From assembly GCA_964252035.1 (NCBI GenBank), contig OZ176201.1: a stretch of 64,000 bases of DNA; one strand, given 5' to 3'. Within the stretch, counting starts at the first letter, position 1. Each line of letters starts with the position of its first letter. The notes under the pieces were generated by a model. That model made no database searches and was not told the DNA's origin. It saw only the letters and a list, made by a program, of their open reading frames with translations. The position numbers were made by a program, and so were the translations under genes. Origin of the DNA: Podarcis erhardii (lineage: Eukaryota). This document shows, one piece after another, positions 1-14,146 of this stretch.

Positions 1-2310
1 ATGTAGTGGTAAACAATGTAGCAAATTGTGACAAAGAAGGTCAGTGGCACTAATTAGTTGATTTTAGCTAGCAATTTTATTGCAGGTATGTAGTTCATAG
101 GACAAAAGGAAATACTGCATCTGAAATTAAGGCTGGCATGCTATTCCTAAATGGTCTTGCTTGGAGGTAAGCCCCATTTATTTCCGAGGGATTTACTCTC
201 AAGTAAGGTGGAAGCGGATTATAGCCTTTCATGGCTTTCATGCATTAGTATGAGTGGTTCAAAAAGGCTTTAAATGAACTGCCACACACTGTTTTTTTTC
301 CTTTTTCCAAAAAGAGAGGTATAGACTAGCCCTTAACAAGGAACTGAAATGTGCTCATTTTGTATATAAAAGGCAGTCTGTCTTTTCAGTTACTATGTGT
401 GTATGTGTTATTGTGTCATGTGATAACAGCACTGTGTTTTCCTGTCATTTTTACAACTCTTTCCTGGCTGAAGTGATACACAAGCAACAATGGGTAGTAA
501 TCACATTGCCCCGTTCACTTTCAAAAGGAGAGAAGCGGAGATGATCGTGAAACTTTCCAGCAGGCTACAGTAAGCGTAACTGTCTGTTAGCCCCATTGTC
601 AGATATTTTCATAACAGAAAAAGCAAAAGAAAGAAAAAGGCATGAACACCAATATAGATCCTTGCAGAAATTTGTCATATTATGAGTGAATTAATATATA
701 TATATTTAAATTATTAAATACTTTCAACATATATTTCATTATTATTGTTTAAAGCTTATTGCTGCATTCGTATTAGCAATTCCCAATGTTCTGTCCCAGC
801 TGACTGTCATTGGCTCTAGAAAGACAGTGTATTTTTTTAAAAGAGTACTGGTATTCAGAGGGTAACTCAGTATTAGTTTACAAAAATCTCTCCTTTTAAA
901 ACCATAAATATTTAATTCTCAAGCATGGTTGACCATAATGGATGGAGTTGATGCAGGTGTTATAAGGTTGTTGCATATTGCCTCCCAAAAGCCTTCATTG
1001 ATAGAACAGCTCTAAAACCTGTGAATCAAGTTGTCTTTTGTGAAGTATTATTTCATTTTTGTAGCTGCCATACTTCCAACACCTATTGATCTGTAAAACA
1101 GCCCCCCCCCCAAACAATTAATGGACCAGTGAAAATGAAACGTATGCTTCTGGTGAAGTAAGCCTGAGGCACAATTGAGGTAGAATCTACACACTTATAA
1201 AAACCGTTCTGGAAACGCTTTTTAAAAAGTGTTTTTTTAAAAAATACATTGAATTTTCCATAAGGCTCGCCATCACCAACTAGTGTCACATTGTATATTG
1301 CACTTAAAACACACTTAAAATGTTTTATTTGCAGCTGTATAGATGAGTCCCAAGGCAACTGAAGAGTTGCCGTCCATTGCACGGGTGTTAGATTTTGTTC
1401 TGAATCTTCTTAATTCATAAGTAATTCATATTGGCTTTGAGTACTTCTAAAACATTTTAACATAACATTATAGCGAGTCGTGGAGGATACGGAAACATTC
1501 TGAGAAAATCAAGTATTTTCATCAATTTGGCGCAGCTCATCAGGTCCAAATTTCTGAGTCAGGCAATGCAGTACATTTCTGGGTAACTAAAATGGTGTGA
1601 CCTTAAAGCTACTCGCCCAAACAATGCAAATAACTGTGCTAGTTCCATGTTTACCCTTCCAGGAGAATAAAGAGTCTTCTCTAAGGTCCCCTGCCTCATA
1701 CTCACTGACAAGAAATAGTTAAACTTGTAATTTAGGAAATTAAACCAATCCTCATATAAAGGAAATTGTATTTTTATACCATATTTTAGATCGGACTTAA
1801 AACTCCATAAAAAGTTATAATAAGAGAATCTATTTCCTTAAAATATTTTTTGCTGAATGTGAAATTGTAACTTAGTGGTTTGGGGTAGCAGACTGCAGGC
1901 CTCTGGGGACTACTTTGTTATTTTCCTTAGACCCCATGAACTGGAGACAGGTATAAAAGACATAAACTTATAATTGAAGTGTGTTAAGTCCAGGAATTTG
2001 CCTTTAAGTTTTGGAACTGAAAAGAGCCTCTAGTGCTTCCTTACAAAAATATACTTTGTCATACATCATTCTCCCCCCCCCCCCAGCTTGGTTTCCACAG
2101 GGATCATTTTGTTGCAACAGTTGAAAGCCAGTCTTTGTCAATCTACTTCACATCACCCAGGGATCTGTCAGTAGATTCCAATTTAACTACTCTGCTATCG
2201 CAAACAGATTATTGGACTCATCAAGTTCAAATCACTGATTTTGTTATGTCATCCCATATATATATAATCTTATATATATATTATATATATTATATATATA
2301 TTATATATAT

Positions 2311-2434
2311 ATAATCTTATGCATGGATGCCCAGGGAGCAGAGCCAGTGATGTGCCTGATTCCATATATATATATATATATGGAATCAGGCACATCACTG
2401 GCTTTGCTCCCTGGGCATCCATGCATAAGATTAT
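2311..2434. repeat. Near-perfect palindrome with (AT)n centre, next to an AT-rich microsatellite (about 2255-2312)
   Basis: Arms of about 55-58 bp with one mismatch (gcagagcc vs gcaaagcc). Confidence 0.92.
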
Positions 2435-5400
2435 TCTCTGCAGAGATTGGGGTCTCCTGACATGACTATGATGCTTTGCCTTGAAAAGTGGCAATGCTTA
2501 CAGGATGCATTTACATCGTTTGATATATTTCTTTGTTGTGATGAAGAGGGACAGGCAATTTTGTCCCAAAGCTTTTCTGCTTCAGTTTTTAGGCATCTGC
2601 AGCAGTATGGATGTCATTTACCAGCACATCTGTAATACCTCTTGTGCCAGTGCTGGAAATTCTGGGCAAAGCAAACAAGAATGATCAAGCAGGATTCAAG
2701 AGTGCATGTTGTCTTGCCAGGGCAGCAATATTACTAGATGCCTTGCCTCTTGGGAAAGAAATACTGTCTCTGATTGTTGGCTGTTGATGGTCTCACTCCT
2801 GTGAAATTATTTCTGTGTCCTTTCAGTTGCTGGTAGTTCGTTCATTTTTTTTGTCATACTATAAAATGTGGCAAATGATTTTACTAGCGTAAGCACTTAC
2901 AGGTGTTGCAATAATGGCTTTCAAGCTCCATAGCACTCCTTTTCATGGTAAATCTGCCCCCTTAGCATGAAGGCCTTTTAAAATGTTCTTTTGCCATAGA
3001 TTTGACTAATTGTTCCATTGTCTGTTGCAAAGTGTACTGTTATAACAGCACGTACACTTATTTTCTGTAGACCTGGAAAGAATTAAAACTGGTTTCTTTT
3101 GTTAATCTATAAATTCTGAGAACTGTTGTAGTGAGACTTGCCCTCCATCCAGTTGGCTTTCCAAACCCTTAAGAGCAAGGTAGTGCAGTGTTATCTTCAT
3201 GTACTAGAATATTGCTTTGTAGCCTTGCAGTATGCTGCTGTTAAGGTTTTACTACTCCGCAGAGATCCTGGGCTCATAGATCTCTCATTCACAAGGACCC
3301 CTTCTACATAATGCCCTGATTGGTGACAATCAGGAAGCATTAACGTATGATATTTCTGATAAGAGGATTTAGAGCTATTGTGGTATTACCATAAAAACAG
3401 CTCTTTCCCCCAGTACTATTAGTCTGTGTGGAACAGTAGTGATCAGAACTGGGATCCCACGGGCAGTGTGTGATTGGCAACACTGATCACCTGCAGGTGC
3501 ATTTGTACAGAAGTCCTCTGTGCATAATTGCCCTGTCAGTATTTCTTATTGAGTCACAAACAGTTTGTTAAAGCTTTATCATCCTTGGAACAAGAATGCT
3601 AAAGTTGGGGGTTTTAGCTGGAGCTGTATACCTGTCCTAAACCTTTGAGTTCTGTTTCAGCAGCTGTCTAGCAACTTGTATGCCTTCTAGATTGGCCTTA
3701 TTAACTAGCATATGGTTCTCGTTCTACAAGAAACTGAGGTATATCCTTGTAAATTCCCCAAATCTTATGGCTTACTCTAGCAGAAGGTAAGATGGAAAAA
3801 ATGAAATACTCCCCTCCAGAGAGTCAGAAACATTAAAAACAATAAAACAAACAGGCAATATGCCTATAGAAAAAGAACGGTCTGCTGTGAACCAGCAGCT
3901 GCACTAACCAACTAATTTTGTCTGAATTAGGTTTAAATTCCTTTAGCTCCATGCAATGCATTACCAGCCTCAGTCACTGATTCTGTTAGGACTGAAATGG
4001 AAATGAGAGATGGGAGAGGTGTTCAGGTTCTTGTCTGAACATGTAAGCACCAAATTGTGTAGGGATTCTGGGTCCTGCCCCCAACTTCATCATGCGCACT
4101 TCCCTCATTCAGTCCCTGACCTTCTCTTGTGTAGGGAAGGTCTGTGTAGGAATTCTCCTCATGTGAATGCAAGTACAACTCTCTTCGTGATCAATCATGT
4201 ACAAGTGAATGTGGGTAGAATCCCTATAGAAGATGGGAAGGTTTGGAGACTGAGCAGGGAAGAGGAGTGTGCAGTGACACTGAGGGTCAAGCTTGCATGC
4301 ATGCTTCTGTCCCTCTATGTGGCTTGGTACTTTTGTACTCATGCCTATACACAGTTGGAGTTGGGTGTTATCAACTCCTGATGACATAGCACTCCAAAAA
4401 CATAGCACTGAATAATCTTGTGCAGTGGTTTCTCGTAGATGTCAGACACCATGAGGCACAGAATTGAACTTTTCTCCCTTGTTGGATATTCTTCAGTAAT
4501 GTTAATTTAAATTTGATATGTATATTTTAAACACTGTTGTGCACCACCCTAAAATGATGTTAAGAGTGGTACAGAAATGTGTTGTATATATATTAAGCTC
4601 TGCTTTCCTGCAGCTTTCCTAGCAAAAGGACAGTACATATTGAAAATGAGGATTTGTTCTGGTGTTACTTAAATACAGTAACCTTAAATGGATTTGTGTT
4701 GATGTATAGTGACATTGACTTAAACCTTCGCTGTGGACAGAACCCTGATTTACTTTTGTATACTTTGGTTTATAATTGTATTTTGAGTGCTACTATGACT
4801 TCTCTCTCCTTTCTCCTCCTTATCAAAACCAAAAGCTTCTGGTAGCTAAATTAATTTCTTAGTATTTAAATTTTAATAATTGGTTGTATGCAAAGGAAAA
4901 TGGAAGTAGTTTGCACACACAACTAAATTAGGCAGATCTTCTAAGCATCCAAATGATCCTTTCACCTAGGTATCTGAAGGGTTGATTAATGATAGAATCA
5001 GAAACGGTATCTGCCTTTGACTTTAAGATAAAAATATTGGAATTCCACGGAAACCTGTTAGATATTGTTTTATTCATTACTTAACCTAGAGGGAGGCGGG
5101 GTCCTAGCTGAGCAGCTCAGGCTTGTGACAGTTTGGCCACATCTATCCTAAGGTTATCAGGGTGGGGACAAGCCATTTGAATTCTTTGACATGTCACTGA
5201 TGTTCGAGTCCTGGGAATCTTGTCTTAGCAAGATGGTGAGCTATGCTCTTGTTATATGTGTGTTATTTTGGGGTATTTAAGTAACTAGCCATAATGCGCC
5301 CCCCAAAAAATTAGTCATACTATGATGATGTCAATATTATTTGTATGAATTTTCAGTATCCTAGGAGTAGCAGACTTTGAGAGCAGTTTATGTTTTTGTA

Positions 5401-6230
5401 AACAGGTTCTGGATGTTCAGCCTTGTAGCTGCAGAAGACAATTAGCAGAACATCAGTTTACTTTTTTGTAGGATCTGGGGTGTCTGTTTCCCTATAGGTT
5501 GTTTTTTCTCAGGTTTATTTAAAAGCACAAGTATTTCATATTACCAGTATCCTGCAATGTGCTAGAAGATTGGGAGCAATTAATGCCCAACACCTGTGTA
5601 ATGTGATTTCTAAGACAAATTGCTTTATCTTTAGCAGGTGCAAATGGCAAAGCTTACAATTGAATTTCTATTTATTCTTTTTTGTTTCAGCTTCTCTCAG
5701 CTTCTAAATTCTTTTCCTTTTTCATTCATTAACATTTTGTAGAAAGGTCTTGTAGGTGGTTTATTTATGACACAGACAGGAATTCAGAGATGCTGATAGA
5801 TTATTTTTTTGCTCGGTATTATGTTGCCTCTATATTTATCTTGTATAGCTGAATCTATATTAAAGATGACATACCAAGATCAGGGGATGATGGAGAAAGG
5901 GGGAGAGCTACTTCATCATCTTCAGAAATTGGTGTTCTTACGTAATGCCAAGCCTTTGTATTGCACCGTTCTGTATTTCCTCTTTTGTGGCAAACTGCAG
6001 TTGTAAGCCATGATCAAACCATGGTTTGCATTTCAGATTGCAGACAAACTTTGGTTTGCACAAACTATGTTTTTGCCTTTTGGATGTAACTGCAAACTGG
6101 TTTGCCACAAAAGAGGATGTGCAACAGTGTGCAAGGGGAGGAAGGTGTGTACATGCCCAAGGCTCTGTTTGAATTGAGCCAGTGTCTAGGAACTAAAAAG
6201 CCTTAGATCAAGCCTTTTTGCTATCTAATA

Positions 6231-6547
6231 CAGTGGTGCCCCGCAAGACGAACGCCTCGCAAGACGGAAAACCCGCTAGACGAAAGGGTTTTCCGTTTTG
6301 GAGGCGCTTCGCAAAACGAATTTCCCTATGGGCTTGCTTCGCAAGACGAAAATGTCTTGCGAGTTCCTGCGGGGTTTTTTCCCTCCCCCCCTTTTCCTAA
6401 GCCCTAAGCCGCTTATCAGCTGATCCGCTAAAAGCCGCTAAACCGCTAATAGCGCTAATCCGCTAAGCTGTCAATGGGCTTGCTTCGCAAGACGCTATAC
6501 GAAGAGCCTCACGGAACGGATTAATTTCGTCTTGCGAGGCACCACTG
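6231..6547. mobile_element. Tc1/mariner (Tigger-like) MITE
   Basis: TIRs CAGTGGTGCCCCGCAAGACGAA and TTCGTCTTGCGAGGCACCACTG; TA TSDs at 6229-6230 and 6548-6549; internal cttcgcaagacg and ccgctaa repeats. Confidence 0.88.
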
Positions 6548-7781
6548 TATTCTTTCATTGGTTTTAGAGGGTCTTTCTTGAATTCATGTTTGGACTTATT
6601 CCAAAACTAGTATTGCAGTGCTTTTGTTGAGTTACTAAGTAATTTGATTAATTTCCCATAATTTTACTTGAGTGATTACTTCTGAAGTATTCTCTGCTCT
6701 TACCATAATGCACAGTTTGTGATAAATGTACAAATATCCACATTAAATGTTCAGCCATCAGGTTTGACAAGTTCCTTGGTTCAGGGCTGAGAGGAAGGGC
6801 TTTAAAACTATGAAGCACTTCTAAAATTGCAGCTGAGGAGCCCAGAGTTTAACAGTCCAATCCTAAACATGCGTAGTAGTAATAATAATAATAATCCTAC
6901 TGAATTCTTTGAGAACTTCCTCTTACCAAGTAAGCTTCATTTTCAAACATTTGACAGTGATGGGTAGAAGATACTGGAGACTTTCACATTTGTCTTGAGA
7001 TGAACACTGTTCATATTGGAAGACAAAAATAGAAAAACTGTATTTCTTCATGCAGAACCACTTGTCAGCAAGAAAAGAAACCTAACACAGCTGTGGAAGT
7101 CTGTTCGACCCAATGTAAAAAAGATCCTTTATTACTGACGCAAAATTCTGCACACTTCTTCTAGCCTTAAAATATGCACCAGCGGCTTTGTGGCTTTTTG
7201 ACTAATCTTCTTTTACTTCAAAAATACACTGACGGAATATTGGCTCTGCATGTATTTTTGGAGTTAACATGATCCCTTCATTTTTTCTGTTTTCTATTAA
7301 TATTTATAAACTCTTCTCGGAAAACCAACAGCCACAGGTATGGGTTTTCTTTATGGTGTTATCAATGCAGGCAATAAAAGGAGAAAGACAATCACCAGCC
7401 TAAACTTAACTCTAGAAGAATGTAGTTGCTTTATGTTACGTAGCATAACTAATATTATCCTTCTGCATTTCATAGGAATATAATACAGTTTTATGCAGGA
7501 ATTTATAAACAACCACAGAAATAGACATACAGTTATTGTAATATAAGAGACAGATGGTCTTGATTAATAGCTAAAAAAAATCTAGTTGCTTTAGGTGCAA
7601 TTGTTTACAGTATCCTGCCCTGTTACCTCCATCTAGATTAGATCCTTCATGGAAAGTATATTATTGCATTAGCTTTATGTTCACTACTCTGTATAAATGC
7701 ATTTAATCAGTGCTGTAAGAGAGAGAAAGTTTTCAATTGATATAAAATGTGGCAAAATTCCTTCCCAATTTTTTTTGGCAG

Positions 7782-7956
7782 AGAGAGACTGAGAACACAC
7801 AGCATTGAATCATCAGGAAAATTGAAGATTTCCCCTGAACAACATTGGGATTTTACTGCGGAGGACTTGAAAGATCTTGGAGAAATTGGACGAGGCGCTT
7901 ATGGTTCTGTTAACAAAATGGTCCACAAACCAAGTGGGCAAATTATGGCTGTTAAA
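7782..7956 (+). CDS. MAP2K4: MAP2K4 coding exon 3 (175 nt; ERLRTHSIESSGKLKISPEQHWDFTAEDLKDLGEIGRGAYGSVNKMVHKPSGQIMAVK)
   Basis: ggcAG acceptor ending 7781, GTaggt donor at 7957; Gly-rich loop GRGAYG and VAIK-type lysine (MAVK); peptide matches MKK4. Confidence 0.98.
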
Positions 7957-8334
7957 GTAGGTGATGCCCGTAATTATTCTTGTACTTTCCAACTGCAGGG
8001 GCAATATATAGTGGATAATTTAATATCCATCCATCTTGCGCTCAGCAGTTGTTTGCTTTCCCCCGCTATCTGTATATTTTGCCTTGTAGTTTAGTGTTAT
8101 TAAATACTTAACTGGTTTGTAAAATTATGGGTTATAAAATTTAAGGAGAACATCTAATATACGTAAGCTTCTTTTTAACACAAACACTGTATATATACTG
8201 AGACCCTTTATCTCTAGGTTCCTGGTTTAAAATACAGCTCAGGTTTATTATTCTTAAATGCAGTTTTGCAGTGGACAGGTCAGGGTCCTTTGTGAAACAA
8301 GCTAGTTGCCTTGCTACAGTAGTTTTCATTTTTC

Positions 8335-8497
8335 CTACTTATCTACTTGCACCAGTGTGTTTTCAAACTGCTAGGTTGGCAGGAGCCTTGGACAAAGCAA
8401 CAGGAGCTCACCCCATCATGTGGATTCGAACTGCCGACCTTCCATTCGGCAAGCCCAAGAGGCACAGTGGTTTAGACCACAGCGCCACCTGCGTCCC
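8335..8497 (-). mobile_element. Sauria-type SINE, 5' half only, diverged
   Basis: Reverse complement of the SINE head (gggacgcaggtggcgctgtggtctaaacc...gttcgaatcc...gcaagtagataa). Confidence 0.85.
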
Positions 8498-10969
8498 ACT
8501 CATTTCTTGTAATACTCTTTTAACAACACTGAGCTATAAAATAACTTGAAGTGAAGGCAGAATTGAGCCCTGTACTCAGTCTAGTTATCAGCAAATATAC
8601 TGGCATGTTTCAGAACATGTAGGCCACTAGTCATCAAGTATAATAGGAGTAGAAGAGGGCGTGACCAGTATGCTTTATGGAATATTAAATGTTCTTCACC
8701 CTGCTTTTTCCAGCATCTGTGTCTGTGAGCTACATAAGTGACTTCTGGCCTGCAAGGAATCCATTCTGTCTTGTTCCCTCCTCTCCCTGAATTTGTAGGG
8801 TGGCACATGCCATATTTTTTTCTGTGTAGCCATGCCTCTGCTGAGTCCTGTTGCGGGTCAATATTTGGGTTTTCTATAGCAACAAATTAAGGTTTGTTAC
8901 CAAGTAAATAGGTTGGTACCAACAAGGAGTTGCGTCCAGTGTGGACTGCTTCACACTTTGATTACCCAGGTTTCGCTTGTGTATGCTGCAGTACAGCACA
9001 CAAAGTATGAATGCAGAGGTGGACATTTGTAAACACAATGGACAGGCTACCTGAGAGACACATCATATTGCATCTCCCTGATACATCTTTAGTGGGTCCT
9101 TGGAACATTTAAGGATTCACATAACTTCCACGTTGACCTCAGCAACTGTCATACATTTATCTGTATGATAGACACAATTGCCATATTCAAACTTTGTTAT
9201 TATGCTGATGTTTAATCTATTCCCATGTATTCAGTAATAAATACTAAATAATAATAAATTATGGGAGGAATTCAGCATTCCTCTATTATAATGATTCTCT
9301 CAGCTTGCCATACAGGACGATCTCCTCCCGCCCCCAGGTATGCTTTTCTGGAGGTTCCCACAATCACTGGAACCAGTTTGATCTTCCCAGGATCACTCTA
9401 CCTTGATTTGTGCTCAGCTTGTGTTTTCTGTGGGAAGTCTTGATAGTAGGTGGCTGTTTTATGGTAAAATGATGCTGGAAAAAGATTCTATATAGATGGC
9501 CAGTAAAAGAAAAGTAAAAGAAAAGAAATAATTCTAAAATTCCATAGACAGAATTCTACAGAAAACAGGAAGGTCAGGCAGATACCAGCAGCCACTGAAG
9601 AAAGGGAAATATGGTAAAGAAATATTAGGAGAGGAATTCCGGATAAGAAAATGGGAGCAAAGTCAGAAAACTCTGGAGATAAACTGCGTTTTTGCAGCGC
9701 TCTTGAAATCAAGGAGAGCACAATGGCAAGTGCTTTGCATATTTGGTCATGGGATTCCTTGGGAATACAAAGATTGGATAATGTATTGTATACAAAGGCT
9801 AGGAATAGTTCCAAGCTGAAGGGAATTGTGAAGGTTAGAGGGCATTGGCCTATATGCAGTTTAGGTATTGCCCAGAGAGTTAAGAAACACTGGAAAAAGG
9901 AGAAACAGATGGAGTGTGTTATATTTGCAGTTGTGTTTTAGAGTTCCCATTTCATCTTCTGTGTAACAGGCAGTTCTTTACTTGGATCATTCTGTTCTGC
10001 TCATCACTTCCTAGGCAAACAGTTGAGCTGCTTACTATTTCTACTCTGGAATGTGTAATGGCTTTACAGCTGTAGAATAATTGTGCCCAGAAGAATTGCA
10101 TAGTGTCTCCAGAACAAAGCAGAACCGTCCCATGCCTGCTATTGTAACTTTCTCAAGTGGCTTTGGTTAGCATTTGTTTGGTGGGGGAGGGTCTGGTATT
10201 TTTGTTACTCTTAACAGTTAGCATATAGAGATCCATATTGTTATGCTATAACTGGGGATATTTTTTGTAAAGTGTCTTCTTGGGGCCACATTACGTGCTA
10301 ATGTTCAAAGCATTTTTTTTATTGTGTGCTTAGAATTGGCCTTTTTCTTTAGGAAAAACAGGGGTGTGGGTGTTCATGCTGATTTTCGATTGGGGCTGGA
10401 AGAGAGGTTAGCTGTTTAGCCCTGCACTGTTTTCCCTGGAAAATCACTCTATACAGAAGCTTTTTTGCCCCAGAAGGTGATAGCAAATTGTGGGTAGTAC
10501 TGGAGGAGGTTGCCTAGAAAATAGCAATGGGTAAAGGATCAAAATCTGGATTAGGATTAGGATCCACTGCAGTTGACTTTTCTAAAAGGAGAGACATGAC
10601 ACAGTGCCTAAAAACACTTTTAATGTGCCATGCAGTTTGGCCCTTAGTCACAGATTGGCTACCAACGTGTCATATTATTTATGGAGGGGGTGGGGGACCT
10701 TAGGCCAAGGGACCAAATATGGTCCTTAGTAATCTTTCCAGACCATGCTTCCTCTCCAAGCCACACCTGTGGCCAGCCTTGCACTGCGGCCTACTCAAAT
10801 GTTTTTGTTAGGCTGGAATGTGTCCCATGAATTGAGTCCTGAACTGAAGAAAATACTGCCTAATAAAAGGGAATATTCATCCTCAAATATGGATCGTCGC
10901 ATGATAATGATAGCATAAGTCAGCCTTCCCCAACTTGCTGTCTTCCTATCATCCTAAACTACTGGACAA

Positions 10970-11092
10970 GGTGTGGTGGTTAGACTTCTGGACTAGTACC
11001 TTGGAGATCAGGTTTGAATCCTTCCTCAGGCATGTAACTCTTTGGTTGTCCTTGAGCTAGTTGCTGTTCTTCAGCCTAACCTTCCTTACAGG
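10970..11092 (+). mobile_element. MIR/CORE-like SINE remnant
   Basis: gtggttagacttctggactag...gagatcaggtttgaatcc...cagcctaacc...cttacagg. Confidence 0.55.
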
Positions 11093-11269
11093 TTAGAGGT
11101 TATTTATTTTTCTTAAAAATCACCTGAGCTGATTAAAATGGTTCAGATGACATGTCAAAGCCCATGGGTTCATGTGGGTGAGCCCATAATAAGATATTAA
11201 TGTGACATGCAAACACAGCTAGTTCTGTTTACTTTAATTATGATATCTCTTCCATTCTTATTCTTTCAG

Positions 11270-11389
11270 AGAATTCGTTCGACAGTGGATGAAAAGGAAC
11301 AGAAACAGCTTTTAATGGATTTGGATGTAGTTATGCGAAGTAGTGATTGCCCATATATTGTTCAGTTTTATGGAGCACTCTTCAGAGAG
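11270..11389 (+). CDS. MAP2K4: MAP2K4 coding exon 4 (120 nt; RIRSTVDEKEQKQLLMDLDVVMRSSDCPYIVQFYGALFRE)
   Basis: tttcAG acceptor, GTgggc donor at 11390; alphaC helix region of MKK4. Confidence 0.98.
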
Positions 11390-11891
11390 GTGGGCACTCA
11401 AAATCTGCTTAGTTTGTAACAGATTTAGTTAATACGTTTTATGACGTTTTAATGGGTAATGAAGCACATTAACTGAAGGGCAGGCAGTAGACAATTTGCA
11501 AGGGTAAACTAGTTTGGTGGGGGAGATGCATGTAAAGAAAACGTTAGCACTGCTTTATCTCTAAAATGCCTATTTCATTTCAGTGCTTCTCAAAAGGTTC
11601 ATTATAATCATGTGTTATACACTTGTGGCTTTCAAACTTTCTACCTTTTATTACATTTCACTTTTATCACATTCCTCCTCTTAAGGAGGTTGGGATGGTG
11701 CACATGGTTCTCCCCCATTTTTATCACAACAACCCTGCCCGGTAGGTTAAACTGAGATATAATAGCTGGCCCAAGATATTGAGAAGCCTAGTAAGCATCT
11801 GACTACTCCAGGGGTCACGAGGAATGCAATGCCATTGTATTTTGGGGTGGACAATTGCTATTGTATTCGAATGTCACATGCCACCTAACTA

Positions 11892-12414
11892 CCGTATATA
11901 CTCATGTATAAGCTGACTTTTTCAGCACATTTTTTATGCTGAAAAAGCCCCCCTTGGCTTATACTCGAATGAGGGTCCCACCGGAGCGCATTTTCAGCAA
12001 CCCCTCGTCGGAGCAAGCTGTTTGCTGCCGCCGCTCGTGCTGCCACTGCTCTGCCAAGCACGGCTCCTGTGCCTGCCCTTGCGAGCGGCAGAGGCTGTTG
12101 GTGGTGGTGGTGGAGGAGGAATGAGCAGCCTGAAAGCAGCCCTTTTGGGCTGCTCGTTCTTCCTCCGACGCTGCTGCCACCAGCCTCTGCCTCTCAGCAG
12201 CACCCTAGGTAGGCAGAGAGACTGGAGGGGCTGGGGGGGAGAGAGAAGCCCCCTCTGCCATGTGCGCATGCGCACACACACTCTCCGGCCCACTAGGAGG
12301 TTTGTGGTGTGGTGAACTGGCTTATACTCGAGTCAATAAGTTTTCCCAGTTTTTTGTGGTAAAATTAGGTGCCTCGGCTTATATTCAGGTCGGCTTTTAC
12401 TTGAGTATATACGG
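11892..12414. mobile_element. Tc2/pogo-like MITE
   Basis: TIRs CCGTATATACTC... and ...GAGTATATACGG; TA TSDs; GC-rich core explains the ORF cluster at 11936-12315. Confidence 0.85.
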
Positions 12415-12693
12415 TAATTGATTAGACCAATTGTAATTTGACAAAAGAGGAAGCAGAATATTTTGTGAGGCAGACCAACTTGAACTTTGTTCACAGAAAT
12501 ATGTATGTTCTGCTTTGTCTCTCTTCGTAAGGCAAAGGTTTGCATCGGTGTTGGTTTGTATGTCCAAGGACCTTCTTTTCTATGCTTCCCTTTCCATCAC
12601 AGCTTAGCAAGAGTTGCACATTGACCACCCCATATGTGTATTTCAGATTAACAATAATAAAACATGTCTTGCTTACTGCTTTTTTATTCTTAG

Positions 12694-12813
12694 GGTGACT
12701 GTTGGATCTGTATGGAGCTCATGTCTACCTCGTTTGATAAATTTTACAAATATGTATATAGTGTATTAGATGACGTTATTCCAGAAGAAATTCTAGGCAA
12801 AATCACTTTAGCT
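12694..12813 (+). CDS. MAP2K4: MAP2K4 coding exon 5 (120 nt; GDCWICMELMSTSFDKFYKYVYSVLDDVIPEEILGKITLA)
   Basis: tcttAG acceptor, GTaagt donor at 12814; hinge region peptide. Confidence 0.98.
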
Positions 12814-13422
12814 GTAAGTATTCCTTCTATTCTCACTGCTGCCTTTTTTGTGTGTGTGCACTTCTGCTTAGATTTTCAAATCCAGGATCTAGGTGGGAGA
12901 TGATTTGACTTATTTAGGCTTGTTGCTGTGAAACCTAATGGTTTACCATCTACTGCTCAGTCTCTGCCAGGGCGGCTTCAGAATTTTTTTTTCTTCTGGT
13001 GGTGGAGGGGCACAGAAAGTAGAAAATATACTTCTAGGTGGGTGGGTTGTGTCCCACATGCTAAGATCTCTGAAAGAAAAATAGCAGTATATGCCAATGA
13101 CAGGAGTCCAGCAACGGGGAGGCAAGAGTGGGGGTGAGCTCCTTGGTTGGGGAGTGCACTGCCCCCTATCCCAGCACCACCCATGGCCCCTGCTAGCACA
13201 AGCGGGAAACAAACCATGGTCTTACACAACCATTTCTATCACATTTTGTTTGCATTAACTACACTGTAACATGGTATAGCTATTAAATGTTTAAAGGGAT
13301 GCGCCTGCATTTCTGCCTTATAAGCTGTCTGAGATGCATCTTTAAATTGTTTGGCTTTGGATTGTGTAATAGGAGGCATTCTATTATTTTTGTTCTCAAT
13401 AAAATTTCTCTTTCTCTCCTAG

Positions 13423-13474
13423 ACTGTGAAAGCACTAAACCACTTAAAAGAAAACTTGAAAATCATTCACAGAG
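13423..13474 (+). CDS. MAP2K4: MAP2K4 coding exon 6 (52 nt; TVKALNHLKENLKIIHR-D)
   Basis: ctcctAG acceptor, GTaggc donor at 13475; HRD catalytic motif split across the junction. Confidence 0.97.
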
Positions 13475-14146
13475 GTAGGCTTTTCTGGATTTGTCTTTCT
13501 TACTGTGTGGTATGCCTGTCACGCGCAGTTCTTCCTGAGCGTGCCTGTAGATTATGCAAAATACATTTGTGAGCCAACTATTTGGGGTATTCCACATGAT
13601 CATTTTATGTTTCACTATGTCCGTGTGAGTTTTGGTTCTCTTGGGCTACCAGTTGGAGGCTGACATTAGGACAGAGCCAATTGACAACACTCATTGGGTG
13701 TTACATTTTTTAAGTCACAAGTTTCTGTGTGCAGAACAGGGTCATAGTCCTATGGGAGGGGGTTTCTCCCATACCAAAGCTGCTGCCATTGGTTGGTTGG
13801 TTGGTTGGCTGAGGTGCCTAGTTTGTTAATCCTTAACAAGCCAGGATTTGTAAGCCAACAACAAACCATGGTTTAAGGTTGGCTAGTGATCCTGGTTTGT
13901 AAGGGAGCAACAAACAGAGATCCTGAGTTCGGATATCATGGGAAGCAAGCTCGAATCCAGGTTCCTGATTTATTTCTCCTGTTAATTCCAGAGGGGGAGT
14001 GACACTAGTTTCTGTGACATGCAGTTGCTGTCTTTAGTCATAACTTTGTGTCTGACGCTATGTAACTTTCAGCAGTTAGAAACTGAAGTGCTTTGGTTGC
14101 AGCTTATCTGCTTAAATATGTTTCTGTTTGCCCACATCTGTTGCAG

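Noticed and set aside
1-7781. Search for MAP2K4 exon 2 and a miR-744-like hairpin in intron 2
   Set aside because: No KRKALKLNFANPP-coding exon was found and no miR-744-like sequence was recognised; the only long hairpin is the unrelated 2311-2434 palindrome.
10713-10722. Canonical CArG boxes (CCAAATATGG at 10713; CCTAATTTGG at 15475; CCAAAAAAGG at 35244)
   Set aside because: About 5 are expected by chance in 64 kb at this composition; no clustering, and conservation could not be assessed.
11936-12315. Cluster of overlapping ORFs on both strands
   Set aside because: They lie inside the GC-rich core of the Tc2-like MITE; no transposase motifs.
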